Source: a candidate division WOR-3 bacterium
Lineage (GTDB): Bacteria > Hydrothermota > 32-111
DNA length: 64,000 nt
Assembly (NCBI GenBank): GCA_039804205.1
Contig: JBDRZY010000001.1
Span: 222,198 to 286,197 of the forward strand
Direction: 5' to 3'
Below the pieces are notes generated by a model that saw nothing but the letters and a program-made list of their open reading frames with translations, was not told the origin of the DNA and ran no database searches. How positions within the stretch are numbered: position 1 is the first letter of the stretch; every line of letters starts with the position of its first letter. This document shows, piece by piece, positions 19,724-29,446 of this stretch. Both the position numbers and the translations under genes were made by a program.

Positions 19724-19915
19724 TTAATTTTTCCTTCTGTCTTTTACAAGGTTTTCAAAAGATCTATCGTAAGTTTTTTCTCCATCTTTAGAAAAAAAAC
19801 AACCTGGAAATTCATTGTATTTTCTATGGTATGCGACACATTCACAACATTTTCCATGTCTGGCACACCCTGGATAAGTACATAAACATTCATTGGTGTT
19901 GTTACACTTCTGCAT
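19724..19915 (-). CDS. small Cys-rich protein (CxC...GCxRHGKCCEC...H...C; putative metal-binding)
   Basis: 63 aa with 8 Cys in a regular pattern (CNNTNECLCTYPGCARHGKCCECVAYH...PGCFF). Its 3' end overlaps the upstream gene by 14 nt. Confidence 0.45.
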   Translation of the reverse strand: MQKCNNTNECLCTYPGCARHGKCCECVAYHRKYNEFPGCFFSKDGEKTYDRSFENLVKDRRKN

Positions 19916-22900
19916 CTTTCTCCTCCAGTTTTTTTAACAGATCTTCACAACTTTTTATGAGATTCTCTTTTTTCAATTCTTTTGCTATTTTTAGTGATTC
20001 TTTCGAAAGTTTTAAAGATAATTTAAAGTTTTTCATCTCATAAAGAAGCAGGGCACGATGGTACAAGAAATGACTTAACGGATATCTTGCATTCATCTCT
20101 TTTATTATTTTTATACATTTTTTAAAATATTCATCAGCTTCCTTGTATTTCTTCTGGAGTTTAAAAAGTTGTCCAATGTTTCCAAGATCTATTGCTTCAG
20201 ACCATTTACTGCCTATCTTTCGGTCAACCTCAAGTGCCTCTTTATAATATTTGAGGGATGATTCCCAGTCCTCTTTTGATCCATAAATGTTTGCAATGTT
20301 ACCCAAAATTATTGATTCGTTTTCAAGATTGTTTATCTCTTTGTCGATCTGTAAAGCTTTAAAAAGATAATCGAGAGCTTTATCAGTTTCTCCCATTTCA
20401 TTGTAAACGGTTCCAATGTTACCTAAAGTTACACCTTCATTTCTTCTGTTACCTGTTTTTCTGTTAAGATCAAGGGAAACGAAATAATTTTTTAGTGCCT
20501 TATCGTATTCCTGCTTTTCATAATGTATGAGTCCTATTCTAAGATGGAACAGAGCCTGATCGGAAAGGTTGTTGTTCTTCTTCGCGTAATCGAGTGATCT
20601 TGTATAATACTCCATAGCTTTTTCATAGTTTCCCTGACGGTAGAGTAAAAGCCCGAGATTTGAATAAATTGAAAATCTTTTTTCTATATCCTTTTTCGCA
20701 TATTTTAATGCGATGTTGAACATTTCTTTCGATTTTGAATAATCACCTCTGTTGTAGTATACGATTCCGATCTTTTCATAAACATCTGAAATCTCTTTGT
20801 TGTCTTTTAAAGTGTTAACTATTTTTAAACTCTTTTTATATTCTGAAAGTGCTTTTTTGTAATCACCCATCGCCCAGAAAGAATTCCCGATGCCTTTCAA
20901 AACTATAGCTTTTGTTTTTGATTTAAGATTCTGTTCCCTTAAAATTTTTTTATATTCTTTTATTGAATCTTTATACTTTCCGATGTGTGATAGTATTTCA
21001 GCTTTTTTAATAGTGAACAGGATCCTTTCATCTTTTTTTATTCTATATTGAAGATACTGGTCTATAAGTTTTATGGCATTCTCATTTGAAAAAGATGATA
21101 TATCCTTTTCAATCGATTTTTTTAAATAATATATCGCTTTGTTTTTGACATTTGCCTTAGAAAAATGGTAGTAGAGAGTTTCATAGTAATTTATCAGGTT
21201 TTCTTTAAAAAGTGTTTCATAAAGTTCACCGATTTTTCGATGTAATTTTTCTACCACCTTTTTAAACTGCATTTTGTAAGTTATCTCGTATAAAAGAATA
21301 TGTCTGAAAAGTGCGGTTTTATCGGAAATGACTGTGATTATCTTATTTTTTTCAGCTTCTGAAAGGATCTTGTTTACATCCTTTTTCTCAACCAGAAATG
21401 AAAGCAAAAGTATTTCAAACTCTTTTCCAATGATGGAGGCTTTTTGAACTCCATCTCTTGTAATCGCTGAAAGCGAATCGAGTCGAGACACTATCAACCT
21501 GTCTATATTCGATGGTATTTCATAATCTGTTTCCTTTAAACTTATAACCCCATCTCTGTTAATAAGAAATCCATTGTTCACAAGGTGAACTGAAAGCTGT
21601 TCAAGGAATAACGGATTACCTTCACTTTTTTGCCATAGAGTGTTTAACAGTTCTTTTGAGATCTCGCTTTTAAAAAAGTTCTGCAGAAATGTTTTTACAT
21701 TTTCGAAGTTGAAATTCTCAAGTTTTATAAAGATCGATTCACATCCTAATTTTTTTAGCCTTTTTATGTTTTCGTTTTCTTCCCTGTAAAGAAAGACGAA
21801 TGGAACTCCTCTGAATTCATACTGATCTCTCAAAAGATAGTTTATAAAATCAACCGTCTCCTGATCAGCCCACATGAAGTCATCGAAAATCAACGCAACT
21901 TTTTTATCTTTAATATTTTTGAAGAGAATATTTTTTAGTGTAAAGAATGTTCCTTCTAATTTTTCTCTCGCTGGTAGGTTCTTTATCAGATATGTTTCAT
22001 CATGGTTGAAAAAATATAGGAGAAAGGAATACAATCGCTCATTTTCGATTTCATAGAATTTTTCATAGTCCTGTGAAAATTTTTTCAAAATCTCTTTTCT
22101 TTTGGTTTCCTTATCAAACGTGTTGATTCCGATTATGTTTGCAAAAAGATTTTTTATAGCCATCATCGGCTCTTTTATTATCGGATCTGCGGTTGTATAA
22201 AGAGGTTCATATCCGAGTTTTGAAAAGAGTTCAAAAGAGATCCTTGTTTTACCTGTTCCACTTTCACCAGAGATGTTGATGATTCCAGCGATCCTTTTCC
22301 GATCAATATTTTTTAAAAATTTTTCAAGTTTTTCGGTTACATATTTTCTTTCGATGAAAGGTGATATAAAATCAAAATTTTTTTTCGGTGTTATATTTTT
22401 AACAGTTAAAACTTTTATCTTTTTTTCTTTTCCTTTAAGGGAGATTTCTGTTTCATCAGAAAATTCAACTCTCTTTGTTTCACATGCCAGCCTTTCGGAA
22501 ACCATAACACCGAATTTATTTAGAGTTGCGATTCGTGCCGAGGTGTTAACTATATCACCAATTACAGTATACTCTTGCCAGAATGCACTTCCAATGAAAC
22601 CTGAATATGTTGTTCCATAGTCAAGGCCGATCGATACTTTTATCCCTTTTTCGTTCAATTGGTTGAATATACCTGTGGAGCAAAGGATCGCTCTCTCAAC
22701 CATATCCTCCTGTGTATAGGGAGCTCCAAAAATGAGAAGTGCCATTCCTCCCTTATCACCGAATTCTATTTTGTTCAAGTATGCATTATAATTTTTTGAA
22801 TTTTCATCGAGTATTTTTAAAAAGAGATCAAGTTTTTCATCATCAAGATCGAATGGGAAATTTATAAAGATTGGAATAACCTTTCTGAATTCTCCTTCGA

Positions 22901-23570
22901 TTTTTAGATCGGAAATGATTTCGGGAAAAAATTTTGAATTTAAACTTTTAAACGGAATGATTTCAATTTTTTCATTCAAGTTTTTGGATGGTTCAAGTTT
23001 CTGATCATCGACTATGAAATATTCGTTTTTGATTTCCCTGATAAAATTTTTATCAATTCTTTCTATAAGGTTTTTATCAACTTTAATTACCGATGATTCG
23101 TTCCCGTGTTGAATCCTTATCGCTGAGTTTATTCCACAACCTCTGAAATAATATATAGATCTTTCATTGTTAAAGATTGCCCAATCTATATTACCTGAGG
23201 ATATACCTAACCTGATATTCAGTTTCACTCCACCTTTTCTGTTGAGATTTGAAAAAATATCAAGTATCTGTTTTGAGACCTGGAGCACATCGATAAATGA
23301 TTTTTCATCTAAAAATATTGCAGTGAAAGCATCTCCAGAAAACGATGTTATGAAACCATTATTTTTATATATAATATCTGTTACATTTCCAAGAGTTCTA
23401 TTCAAAATATTTCCAAGTATCTCCGCTCCCTCTTTGTCTTTTTTCATGAGATTTTCTACCATGGGTGTGAAATTTTCAATATCACCACTTACAACATAAC
23501 CAAAAAAGTTACCTTTTGTGAGGTTTAAATTTATCTTATCTATTATAAAAGAAGGTACTAAATTCCTCAT
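19902..23570 (-). CDS. multidomain signalling protein: tandem class III nucleotidyl cyclase domains + STAND/AAA ATPase + C-terminal TPR array
   Basis: Second cyclase domain FGDKGGMALLIFGAP...IGLDYGTTYSGFIGS...YTVIGDIVNTSARI. Walker A GESGTGKT and Walker B ALIFDDFMWAD. More than 8 TPR repeats follow. The first cyclase-like domain spans residues ~20-190. Confidence 0.8.
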   Translation of the reverse strand: MRNLVPSFIIDKINLNLTKGNFFGYVVSGDIENFTPMVENLMKKDKEGAEILGNILNRTLGNVTDIIYKNNGFITSFSGDAFTAIFLDEKSFIDVLQVSKQILDIFSNLNRKGGVKLNIRLGISSGNIDWAIFNNERSIYYFRGCGINSAIRIQHGNESSVIKVDKNLIERIDKNFIREIKNEYFIVDDQKLEPSKNLNEKIEIIPFKSLNSKFFPEIISDLKIEGEFRKVIPIFINFPFDLDDEKLDLFLKILDENSKNYNAYLNKIEFGDKGGMALLIFGAPYTQEDMVERAILCSTGIFNQLNEKGIKVSIGLDYGTTYSGFIGSAFWQEYTVIGDIVNTSARIATLNKFGVMVSERLACETKRVEFSDETEISLKGKEKKIKVLTVKNITPKKNFDFISPFIERKYVTEKLEKFLKNIDRKRIAGIINISGESGTGKTRISFELFSKLGYEPLYTTADPIIKEPMMAIKNLFANIIGINTFDKETKRKEILKKFSQDYEKFYEIENERLYSFLLYFFNHDETYLIKNLPAREKLEGTFFTLKNILFKNIKDKKVALIFDDFMWADQETVDFINYLLRDQYEFRGVPFVFLYREENENIKRLKKLGCESIFIKLENFNFENVKTFLQNFFKSEISKELLNTLWQKSEGNPLFLEQLSVHLVNNGFLINRDGVISLKETDYEIPSNIDRLIVSRLDSLSAITRDGVQKASIIGKEFEILLLSFLVEKKDVNKILSEAEKNKIITVISDKTALFRHILLYEITYKMQFKKVVEKLHRKIGELYETLFKENLINYYETLYYHFSKANVKNKAIYYLKKSIEKDISSFSNENAIKLIDQYLQYRIKKDERILFTIKKAEILSHIGKYKDSIKEYKKILREQNLKSKTKAIVLKGIGNSFWAMGDYKKALSEYKKSLKIVNTLKDNKEISDVYEKIGIVYYNRGDYSKSKEMFNIALKYAKKDIEKRFSIYSNLGLLLYRQGNYEKAMEYYTRSLDYAKKNNNLSDQALFHLRIGLIHYEKQEYDKALKNYFVSLDLNRKTGNRRNEGVTLGNIGTVYNEMGETDKALDYLFKALQIDKEINNLENESIILGNIANIYGSKEDWESSLKYYKEALEVDRKIGSKWSEAIDLGNIGQLFKLQKKYKEADEYFKKCIKIIKEMNARYPLSHFLYHRALLLYEMKNFKLSLKLSKESLKIAKELKKENLIKSCEDLLKKLEEKDAEV

Positions 23571-23574
23571 AAAG

Positions 23575-23600
23575 ATAAGGGGAGTTAAAACTCCCCTTTA
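23575..23600 (-). terminator. rho-independent terminator (GGGGAGTT-loop-AACTCCCC + T-run on the minus strand)
   Basis: A perfect 8-bp GC-rich hairpin lies immediately 3' of the 23614 lipoprotein gene stop on the minus strand, followed by TTATCTTT. Confidence 0.5.
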
Positions 23601-23613
23601 AAATCTATAAAGT

Positions 23614-24654
23614 TTACCTTTTTGTTTGAGGCACTGGAGGATTTAAAATTATTGTATCTGTTGAACCATCAGGGTATGTGGCAACCATAATCGAAAGATG
23701 GTTGACATCCTCTGGATTCCAGAAATATCCTTCAAGATCTGCTGCATGTGTTCCTTTGAATTTTAACTCTCCAGTATAATCGGTCTTTGTGTAAATAGAA
23801 TCAACTTCAACAGGTTTTTCAGCATTTATCACAAGGAACCACCCCTCTTTGTTCTCCATCGTGAAATCTGTTGTTTCGTCACTGTTCATCTTTACAGTGT
23901 ATTCGTTCCAGTCATCGTTAACAAAATCCTCTATCTTTGCTCTTAAAGAATCGATGATAACTGTTGTATCACCACTCTCATGTCCTACATAATCGAGTTC
24001 AAGAGCGACTTCATTTGTTATCTCAAAGTGTGTCTGTAAATCTGTCGGTTGATACTGATCGTAATCATAACCTGAAATCGTTGTGTACTGGGCATTCATC
24101 CTCATCCACATCAACCTGCTGCTATTTGCTGAAAGTTCGACATACATTTTTGTTGGTGTCTGTTCATAGGGATCACCGGAGTAATACTGCAATGAATCGA
24201 ACAGAAATCTCATGTTGTAGGTTGTTCCAAGTGAATCTATAAATATCCATTTGAAAAGGTACCCGTTAGCAGGGTATGAGTTATCAACAAGGACAAAATC
24301 ATAGTATTCGTATCCCCATGGATCTGTCAATGTATCGTATTGGTATGTTCCATAAACAGTATCGAACAAAAGTTGAACGCTCTTCACATCTGGTCTGAAA
24401 GGATTTCTAAACGAGATTGAAGGGAACAGGAATGTACCTTTTGATGTTCCGCCTTTGTTGAAGAAGTCGTTTGCAGCAGCCATACTTAAAGTTGTATTTT
24501 CACCGTTATACTGTGAAGTTGGATCGTTAATTGAGTTTTCAAAGTCGTTTAAAAATGTTTTTGTATCATCCACACTCACCTTTTGTGGCAAAAGGAAACA
24601 GGAAGTTAAAATAAGTGAAAACATAACAGGGAAAAATAGAATCTTTTTCATCAT
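23614..24654 (-). CDS. secreted lipoprotein, function unknown (acidic, Tyr/Asp-rich)
   Basis: Signal peptide plus lipobox (LILTSCF). 346 aa with no recognisable catalytic motif. Confidence 0.55.
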   Translation of the reverse strand: MMKKILFFPVMFSLILTSCFLLPQKVSVDDTKTFLNDFENSINDPTSQYNGENTTLSMAAANDFFNKGGTSKGTFLFPSISFRNPFRPDVKSVQLLFDTVYGTYQYDTLTDPWGYEYYDFVLVDNSYPANGYLFKWIFIDSLGTTYNMRFLFDSLQYYSGDPYEQTPTKMYVELSANSSRLMWMRMNAQYTTISGYDYDQYQPTDLQTHFEITNEVALELDYVGHESGDTTVIIDSLRAKIEDFVNDDWNEYTVKMNSDETTDFTMENKEGWFLVINAEKPVEVDSIYTKTDYTGELKFKGTHAADLEGYFWNPEDVNHLSIMVATYPDGSTDTIILNPPVPQTKR

Positions 24655-24719
24655 GGTTCCTCCTTTTTTAAAATTTTACATATAAAAATTTTAAAAGTCA
24701 ACAATATTTTATAAATTAC

Positions 24720-24747
24720 TTGACTTTAACGAACAAAAAATTATAAT
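24720..24747 (+). promoter_or_regulatory. sigma70-like promoter for tRNA-Val (-35 TTGACT, 16 nt, -10 TATAAT)
   Basis: TTGACTttaacgaacaaaaaatTATAAT ends 9 nt before the tRNA 5' end. Confidence 0.5.
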
Positions 24748-24756
24748 TATTTTTTC

Positions 24757-24830
24757 GGGCGAATGGCTCAGTTGGTTAGAGCGCCGGTCTCACATACCGG
24801 AGATCACAGGTTCGACTCCTGTTTCGCCCA
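24757..24830 (+). tRNA. tRNA-Val (anticodon CAC)
   Basis: 74-nt cloverleaf GGGCGAATGGCTCAGTTGGTTAGAGCGCCGGTCTCACATACCGGAGATCACAGGTTCGACTCCTGTTTCGCCCA. Anticodon loop CTCACAT. Confidence 0.8.
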
Positions 24831-24926
24831 TATTAACGAGGTATGTATGGGAAAGAATAAAAAAAATAGAAAAGGAAAAAGTTGTGAGTAATAGAAATAC
24901 AAATGTTGAAACGATAAAATTTAAAA

Positions 24927-24954
24927 GGGAGTGTTTAAAAACACTCCCTTTTTT
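24927..24954 (+). terminator. rho-independent terminator (perfect 10-bp stem GGGAGTGTTT/AAACACTCCC + TTTTTT)
   Basis: The hairpin and T6 run sit downstream of tRNA-Val. They immediately precede the GGAGGTG SD of the next gene. Confidence 0.65.
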
Positions 24955-24966
24955 ATGGAGGTGATG

Positions 24967-25689
24967 ATGGAAGATGTATATGAAATATTTCAAAAAATAG
25001 GGCAGATAGAAGAGAGGATCGAAAACAACAGGATAAAAATGGGAGATAAACCTTTTAAGAGAAAAGAGTTAAAAGAACAACTCGATTTGATCATATCAAA
25101 GATTGAGAATCTTAAAAAGGAAAAAGAAAAACTTATTCAGGAAAACAGGGAGATAGAACAGAAGGTATTGGTTCTAAGGGATAAGATTGAAGAGGATAAA
25201 AAATATCTATCGAATGTAAAATCTAATGATGAATACATGATGATATCTGAAGGGATAAAACATAAAAAGGATATCATCTCACAGAGTGAAGATAAAATTT
25301 TAAAAAATCTTTCTGAGATTGAAAAACTTGAAAACGAGATAAAAAAACTTGAACAGGAAAATTCGACGATGGAAAAAATAAAAAAAGAGATAGAGGAGAT
25401 TAACAATATAATCAAGGATATAGAAGAGGAGAACGAAAAACTAAACGTTGAGAGGGAAAAACTGGTTTCTTCTTTACCGGAAGAATATCAGAAAAAATAT
25501 CAAAAAATATATGAAAAGAAGAAAAAGAGGGCTGTCATACTAATCAACGAACCGTACTGTCTTGGTTGTTATTCTTCAATACCAGCACAGCTTTTTGATA
25601 GGGTGAAATCTATGAAAAAAATAGAATTCTGTATCAACTGTGGAAGAATAATACTTTTCAAAAAAGATGAAAATAGTGATAAGTTTTGA
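24967..25689 (+). CDS. coiled-coil protein with C-terminal C4 zinc ribbon (COG1579 / zf-RING_7 family)
   Basis: Long Glu/Lys-rich coiled coil, then CLGCYSS...(20)...CINCGRIILF. I place the start at the ATG 5 nt after GGAGG. The listed ORF start at 24931 overlaps the terminator hairpin. Confidence 0.6.
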   Translation: MEDVYEIFQKIGQIEERIENNRIKMGDKPFKRKELKEQLDLIISKIENLKKEKEKLIQENREIEQKVLVLRDKIEEDKKYLSNVKSNDEYMMISEGIKHKKDIISQSEDKILKNLSEIEKLENEIKKLEQENSTMEKIKKEIEEINNIIKDIEEENEKLNVEREKLVSSLPEEYQKKYQKIYEKKKKRAVILINEPYCLGCYSSIPAQLFDRVKSMKKIEFCINCGRIILFKKDENSDKF

Positions 25690-26071
25690 TGGTGGTTGTA
25701 AAAATAATCCAGGACCTGCTGCTTACGCATACAGTATAAGTTTTGATGATAAAAGGATAAATGGTGGAGGATTTTTCGATAACTCAACAAACAACCGTGC
25801 TGAATGGTCCGGGTTACTTTACGCGTTAAAAGATGTTTCAGAAAGATTCTTTTTGAATGAACTGGAGATAGAAATATTTTCTGATAGTGAACTTGTAGTT
25901 AAGCAACTTCTACAGGTTTATAAAGTCAAAGATCCTGAATTAAAAAAAATATACGAAGAGGTTAAATCGATTCTTTCGAAAGTGAAATCTTTTAGAGTCG
26001 AGCATGTTCCAAGAAACGAAAACAGAGAATGTCATAAACTCGTTGAAGAGATTTTCAGAAAAAATCTTTAA
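25667..26071 (+). CDS. rnhA: ribonuclease HI
   Basis: DGGCKNNPGPAAYAY and the AEWSGLLYAL (E) motif, FSDSELVV (D), HVPRNENRECHKL (H, D). The start overlaps the upstream zinc-ribbon gene by 23 nt. Confidence 0.85.
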   Translation: MKIVISFDGGCKNNPGPAAYAYSISFDDKRINGGGFFDNSTNNRAEWSGLLYALKDVSERFFLNELEIEIFSDSELVVKQLLQVYKVKDPELKKIYEEVKSILSKVKSFRVEHVPRNENRECHKLVEEIFRKNL

Positions 26072-26460
26072 AATTCATCAAAAGAAAAAACATTTTCAAT
26101 ATGTTCTATCTGGACTCTTTTAAAAATATTGTTTGTAACTTTTATACCTATAAAGTCGAATCTAAAATTTGAATTTGAAAATTCAGGATGTTTCATCAAA
26201 AAAAATTTCGCACTCTTTAAAATTCTTTGTTTTTTAAAATCGGTTATCGACTCTTCTGGAGTTCCCTTGTTGATATTTTCTCTTGATTTTACTTCGACGA
26301 ACACCAGAGTATCATCCTTTTTACAGATGATATCTATTTCTCCGACTTTACCAAAACGGAAATTCTGTTCCAGAACCTGGAAACCTTTTCTTTTTAAATA
26401 TTTCAGAGCAAGGAGTTCTCCAGTTCTTCCCTTTGAAATATTTTTAGATTTTATCACCAA
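26068..26460 (-). CDS. yraN: YraN-family (UPF0102) endonuclease
   Basis: GRTGELLALKYLKRKGFQVLEQNFR...GEIDIICKK...LVFVEVKSR matches the YraN/UPF0102 signature. Confidence 0.8.
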   Translation of the reverse strand: MVIKSKNISKGRTGELLALKYLKRKGFQVLEQNFRFGKVGEIDIICKKDDTLVFVEVKSRENINKGTPEESITDFKKQRILKSAKFFLMKHPEFSNSNFRFDFIGIKVTNNIFKRVQIEHIENVFSFDEF

Positions 26461-27076
26461 AAACTTTTTTTATAATCTCTTTTACAGGGGTAAATGTTTT
26501 TCTATGTATTTCACAGGGACCTTTTTTTATTATGATGTCTATGTGTTTTGGTGTTGCGTAACCTTTGTTTGTTTCAAAATCGTAATCAGGATACTCCATA
26601 CCATAGAATTCCATAATTCTATCCCTATGGACTTTTGCTACTATCGATGCTGCTGCTATCGAAATCGACAAGGAATCACCTTTTATTATAGATTCCTGTT
26701 CTAACAGAAGATCCGGTATAGGATATCCATCAACCAGAACAACATCCGGAACTATATTCAATTTTGCTATAGCGCGTTTCATAGAAAGGTAGGTCGCCTG
26801 TAAAATATTGATTTTATCTATAACAACATTGTCAGTATAAGCGACTCCAACTGCAAGGGCTTTTTCCATTATTATCTGATACAACTCTTCTCTTTCTTCA
26901 GGTGAAAGTTCTTTTGAATCGTTGATACCTTCTATAAAGATATCTTCTGGAAAAATAACAGCAGCCGAAACAACAGGTCCTGCAACAGGACCTCTTCCGG
27001 CCTCATCTACGCCGGCAACAAAGTAGCGGTTTTTCCGCCACCATTTTTCCTCAAAGTTTCTTAAATTTTTTTTCAT
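26444..27076 (-). CDS. rnhB: ribonuclease HII
   Basis: [26 protein letters not shown] and VVLVDGY motifs. Confidence 0.9.
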   Translation of the reverse strand: MKKNLRNFEEKWWRKNRYFVAGVDEAGRGPVAGPVVSAAVIFPEDIFIEGINDSKELSPEEREELYQIIMEKALAVGVAYTDNVVIDKINILQATYLSMKRAIAKLNIVPDVVLVDGYPIPDLLLEQESIIKGDSLSISIAAASIVAKVHRDRIMEFYGMEYPDYDFETNKGYATPKHIDIIIKKGPCEIHRKTFTPVKEIIKKVFGDKI

Positions 27077-27426
27077 TCGACTTTTGTTGCAGCTTTTCCT
27101 GTTCTTCCCCTCATATAGTTGAGTTTAGCTCTTCTCACTTCACCTTTTTTAACAACTTTTATATCGGTTACACTTGGAGAGTTTATTGGAAATATTCGTT
27201 CAACACCTATACCTTCAGAGATTTTTCTTACTGTTATTGTCTGACCAACTGAAGTGCCCCTTTTCGCTATAACTATACCTCTGAATTTCTGTGTTCTTGT
27301 TTTACCACTTTCTTCTATCTTTACTGACACATCCACTGTGTCTCCAACATTGAAGTCATATTTTTCATTTTTTTCAAAAGATTTTTCAAAATCTTTTTTT
27401 ATTCTGTCAATATTAAGTTTTGCCAT
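27073..27426 (-). CDS. rplS: 50S ribosomal protein L19
   Basis: [33 protein letters not shown]. Confidence 0.95.
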   Translation of the reverse strand: MAKLNIDRIKKDFEKSFEKNEKYDFNVGDTVDVSVKIEESGKTRTQKFRGIVIAKRGTSVGQTITVRKISEGIGVERIFPINSPSVTDIKVVKKGEVRRAKLNYMRGRTGKAATKVE

Positions 27427-28156
27427 TCTTTTCCTCCAATTTTAATTTATTTATAATTTCTTTTTGTCTCTTTGTCAAGTCCTTATTTTTTAACAGATCC
27501 TTTCTTCTTTTATATGTGAGTTTTAAAGATTGATACTCTTCATACTCTTCGATCTTTTTATGGTTTCCTGAAAGTAAAATTTCGGGGACCTCCATACCTT
27601 CAAAAACCTTAGGCCTTGTATATTTAGGAGAATCAAGAAAACCTTTTGAAAACGAGTCATTTTCCGCAGAATCGATAGAATGTAGAACTCCTTTAACGAA
27701 CCTACTAACTGTTTCAACTATTATCAAAGCGGGAATTTCTCCACCTTGAAGTATATAATCACCAATGGATACTTCAAGGTCTACATACTTATCGATAAAT
27801 CGTTGATCTATTCCTTTATACCTTCCAGCTATTATAACAAGGTGTTCCTTTTTTGCAAGATTTTTTTCAACGATTTCCTGATTTAAAAGAACACCTGATG
27901 GAGAAGTCAAAACAACATATTTGTTGTCACCGTCGATTGAGTCGAGAGCTTTTTTGAGTGGTTCACACATGAGTATCATTCCAGAGGATAACCCGTATGG
28001 ATAATCATCAACCTTTTTGTGTTTTCCAACTCCAAAATCTCTTAGGTTTATTATATCGACGGAGATGAGGTTTTTTTCTATTGCTCTTTTCAATAAAGAT
28101 GTTTCAAAGAACGGTTTTATCAACTCTCCAAAAAGAGTTATGATACTAAAACGCAT
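27413..28156 (-). CDS. trmD: tRNA (guanine37-N1)-methyltransferase
   Basis: [13 protein letters not shown]...[14 protein letters not shown]...SPSG matches the TrmD SPOUT fold. Confidence 0.9.
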   Translation of the reverse strand: MRFSIITLFGELIKPFFETSLLKRAIEKNLISVDIINLRDFGVGKHKKVDDYPYGLSSGMILMCEPLKKALDSIDGDNKYVVLTSPSGVLLNQEIVEKNLAKKEHLVIIAGRYKGIDQRFIDKYVDLEVSIGDYILQGGEIPALIIVETVSRFVKGVLHSIDSAENDSFSKGFLDSPKYTRPKVFEGMEVPEILLSGNHKKIEEYEEYQSLKLTYKRRKDLLKNKDLTKRQKEIINKLKLEEKNGKT

Positions 28157-28643
28157 AAAAATCTTCTTCGTATTTTAATTTTAAAATTTTATTTTCAGGA
28201 TCTATTTCTGAAAAAAAATCTTTTTTAAAAAGAACCGTCTCCTTTTTTCCTTTTATATCGACTTCAAGAACATCTCCATTTTCAAGAAAAATTATGTTTA
28301 CAACTTTTCCTATTTCCTGACCATCTTTAGAAAAAATTTTTGAACCAACTATTTCATGTGAATGGTACTGGTTTTTTTTCAATTTCACAAGATCCTTTTC
28401 TTCAACCTCAACGTAAAGGTTCTGTAATTTTTCTGCACCTGTTCTATCGTCTATTCCTTTAAATTTGATTATAAAGTTTGATCCAATTCTTCCAGCACTC
28501 TCCACAAAAAATTTTTCGCCGTTGATATAAAAAAATTCTGGAATCTGCAACTCACGATCCTTATCATAAAAATGGATCTTCAAGTTTCCTTTTAGTCCAT
28601 GTGGTTTTAATATTTTTCCAACTTTAAACAACATATCAATCAA
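28146..28643 (-). CDS. rimM: 16S rRNA processing protein RimM
   Basis: KVGKILKPHGLKGNLKI N-terminus and a PRC-barrel C-terminus. Confidence 0.85.
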   Translation of the reverse strand: MIDMLFKVGKILKPHGLKGNLKIHFYDKDRELQIPEFFYINGEKFFVESAGRIGSNFIIKFKGIDDRTGAEKLQNLYVEVEEKDLVKLKKNQYHSHEIVGSKIFSKDGQEIGKVVNIIFLENGDVLEVDIKGKKETVLFKKDFFSEIDPENKILKLKYEEDFYAF

Positions 28644-28866
28644 TGATTTCGATGACAGATTTTCTATTATTTTTTACAGATGAAACTGATACAAGAGTGT
28701 TTATCGCTTCAAGTGTTGCTCCATCTTTTCCTATAACCTTTCCAACATCCTCTTTATCTATTTCTATTTCATAAAGTGTTGTTTTCTGACCTTCACAAAC
28801 ATGTATTTTCACTTTATCCGGCTTATCAACAAGCGATTTTACTATATACTCAAGAAGTGATCTCAT
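28636..28866 (-). CDS. KH-domain RNA-binding protein (YlqC/UPF0109)
   Basis: [12 protein letters not shown]...[15 protein letters not shown], the KH GXXG motif. 76 aa, in the position between rpsP and rimM. Confidence 0.8.
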   Translation of the reverse strand: MRSLLEYIVKSLVDKPDKVKIHVCEGQKTTLYEIEIDKEDVGKVIGKDGATLEAINTLVSVSSVKNNRKSVIEIID

Positions 28867-29128
28867 CTTTTTCTACCTTTCCTTCAAGTTTATTTTCCCT
28901 GTAGAGTTTAACTATCGTTTCAACTCTTTTGGTTGGCTTTGCTCCCTTTTTTATCCATGCATCGTATTTCATAAGATCAAGTTTTGTAAGATTTTTTCCT
29001 TTTGGATCGTATGAACCGATACAATCGATAAATCTACCATCTCTTGGAAATCTTGAATCAGCAACAACGATCCTGTAACAGGAAGTTTTGTTTTTTCCAA
29101 TTCTTTTTAAATGTATGTTAACCATCAC
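28850..29128 (-). CDS. rpsP: 30S ribosomal protein S16
   Basis: [41 protein letters not shown] 7 nt upstream. Confidence 0.9.
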   Translation of the reverse strand: MMVNIHLKRIGKNKTSCYRIVVADSRFPRDGRFIDCIGSYDPKGKNLTKLDLMKYDAWIKKGAKPTKRVETIVKLYRENKLEGKVEKDEITS

Positions 29129-29163
29129 AACCTCCTATGGGTTTTGTTTTTTTAGAATTTTAT

Positions 29164-29191
29164 AGTATATAAAGAATAAACAAATTGTCAA
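29164..29191 (-). promoter_or_regulatory. sigma70-like promoter for the rpsP operon (minus strand: TTGACA, 16 nt, TATACT)
   Basis: The reverse complement of 29164-29191 reads TTGACAatttgtttattctttaTATACT, about 35 nt upstream of the rpsP start. Confidence 0.4.
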
Positions 29192-29221
29192 TATTAAATT
29201 GGTTTTACAAATTGAAAGATG

Positions 29222-29248
29222 TTGACAAATTTTTTTAGCGTATATAAT
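29222..29248 (+). promoter_or_regulatory. candidate promoter for the riboswitch-btuB transcript (TTGACA ... TATAAT, short 15-nt spacer)
   Basis: gTTGACAaatttttttagcgtaTATAAT lies directly upstream of the riboswitch P1 helix. The spacer is shorter than the 17-nt optimum. Confidence 0.35.
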
Positions 29249-29254
29249 CCTAAT

Positions 29255-29440
29255 CTGTCAGGTGCTCTTTTGAGGTAAAAGGGAAAGTGGTGAAAATCCA
29301 CTGCTGTCAAGCAACTGTAAGCGGATACGAATGCCTTATACCACCCATTTCGGGGAAGGTGGCAGGAGGTTTAAGCCGCAAGCCAGGAAACCTGCCTGAT
29401 GTTCGGAACCTGCTATGACAGGGTCCGTCCTGACAAGGAT
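29255..29440 (+). promoter_or_regulatory. cobalamin (B12) riboswitch
   Basis: Carries the conserved core GGGAAAGUGGUGAAAAUCCACUGCUG ... GCAACUGUAAGCGG (B12-box-like). The P1 helix pairs 29256-29262 (TGTCAGG) with 29429-29435 (CCTGACA), directly abutting the AAGGATGG SD of the downstream TonB-dependent receptor. Confidence 0.75.
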
Positions 29441-29446
29441 GGATAA

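Noticed and set aside
24931-24966. ORF-track start (MFKNTPFFMEV…) for the COG1579 gene
   Set aside because: That N-terminal extension is encoded by the terminator hairpin and T-run. The GGAGG SD lies inside it, so the downstream ATG was chosen.
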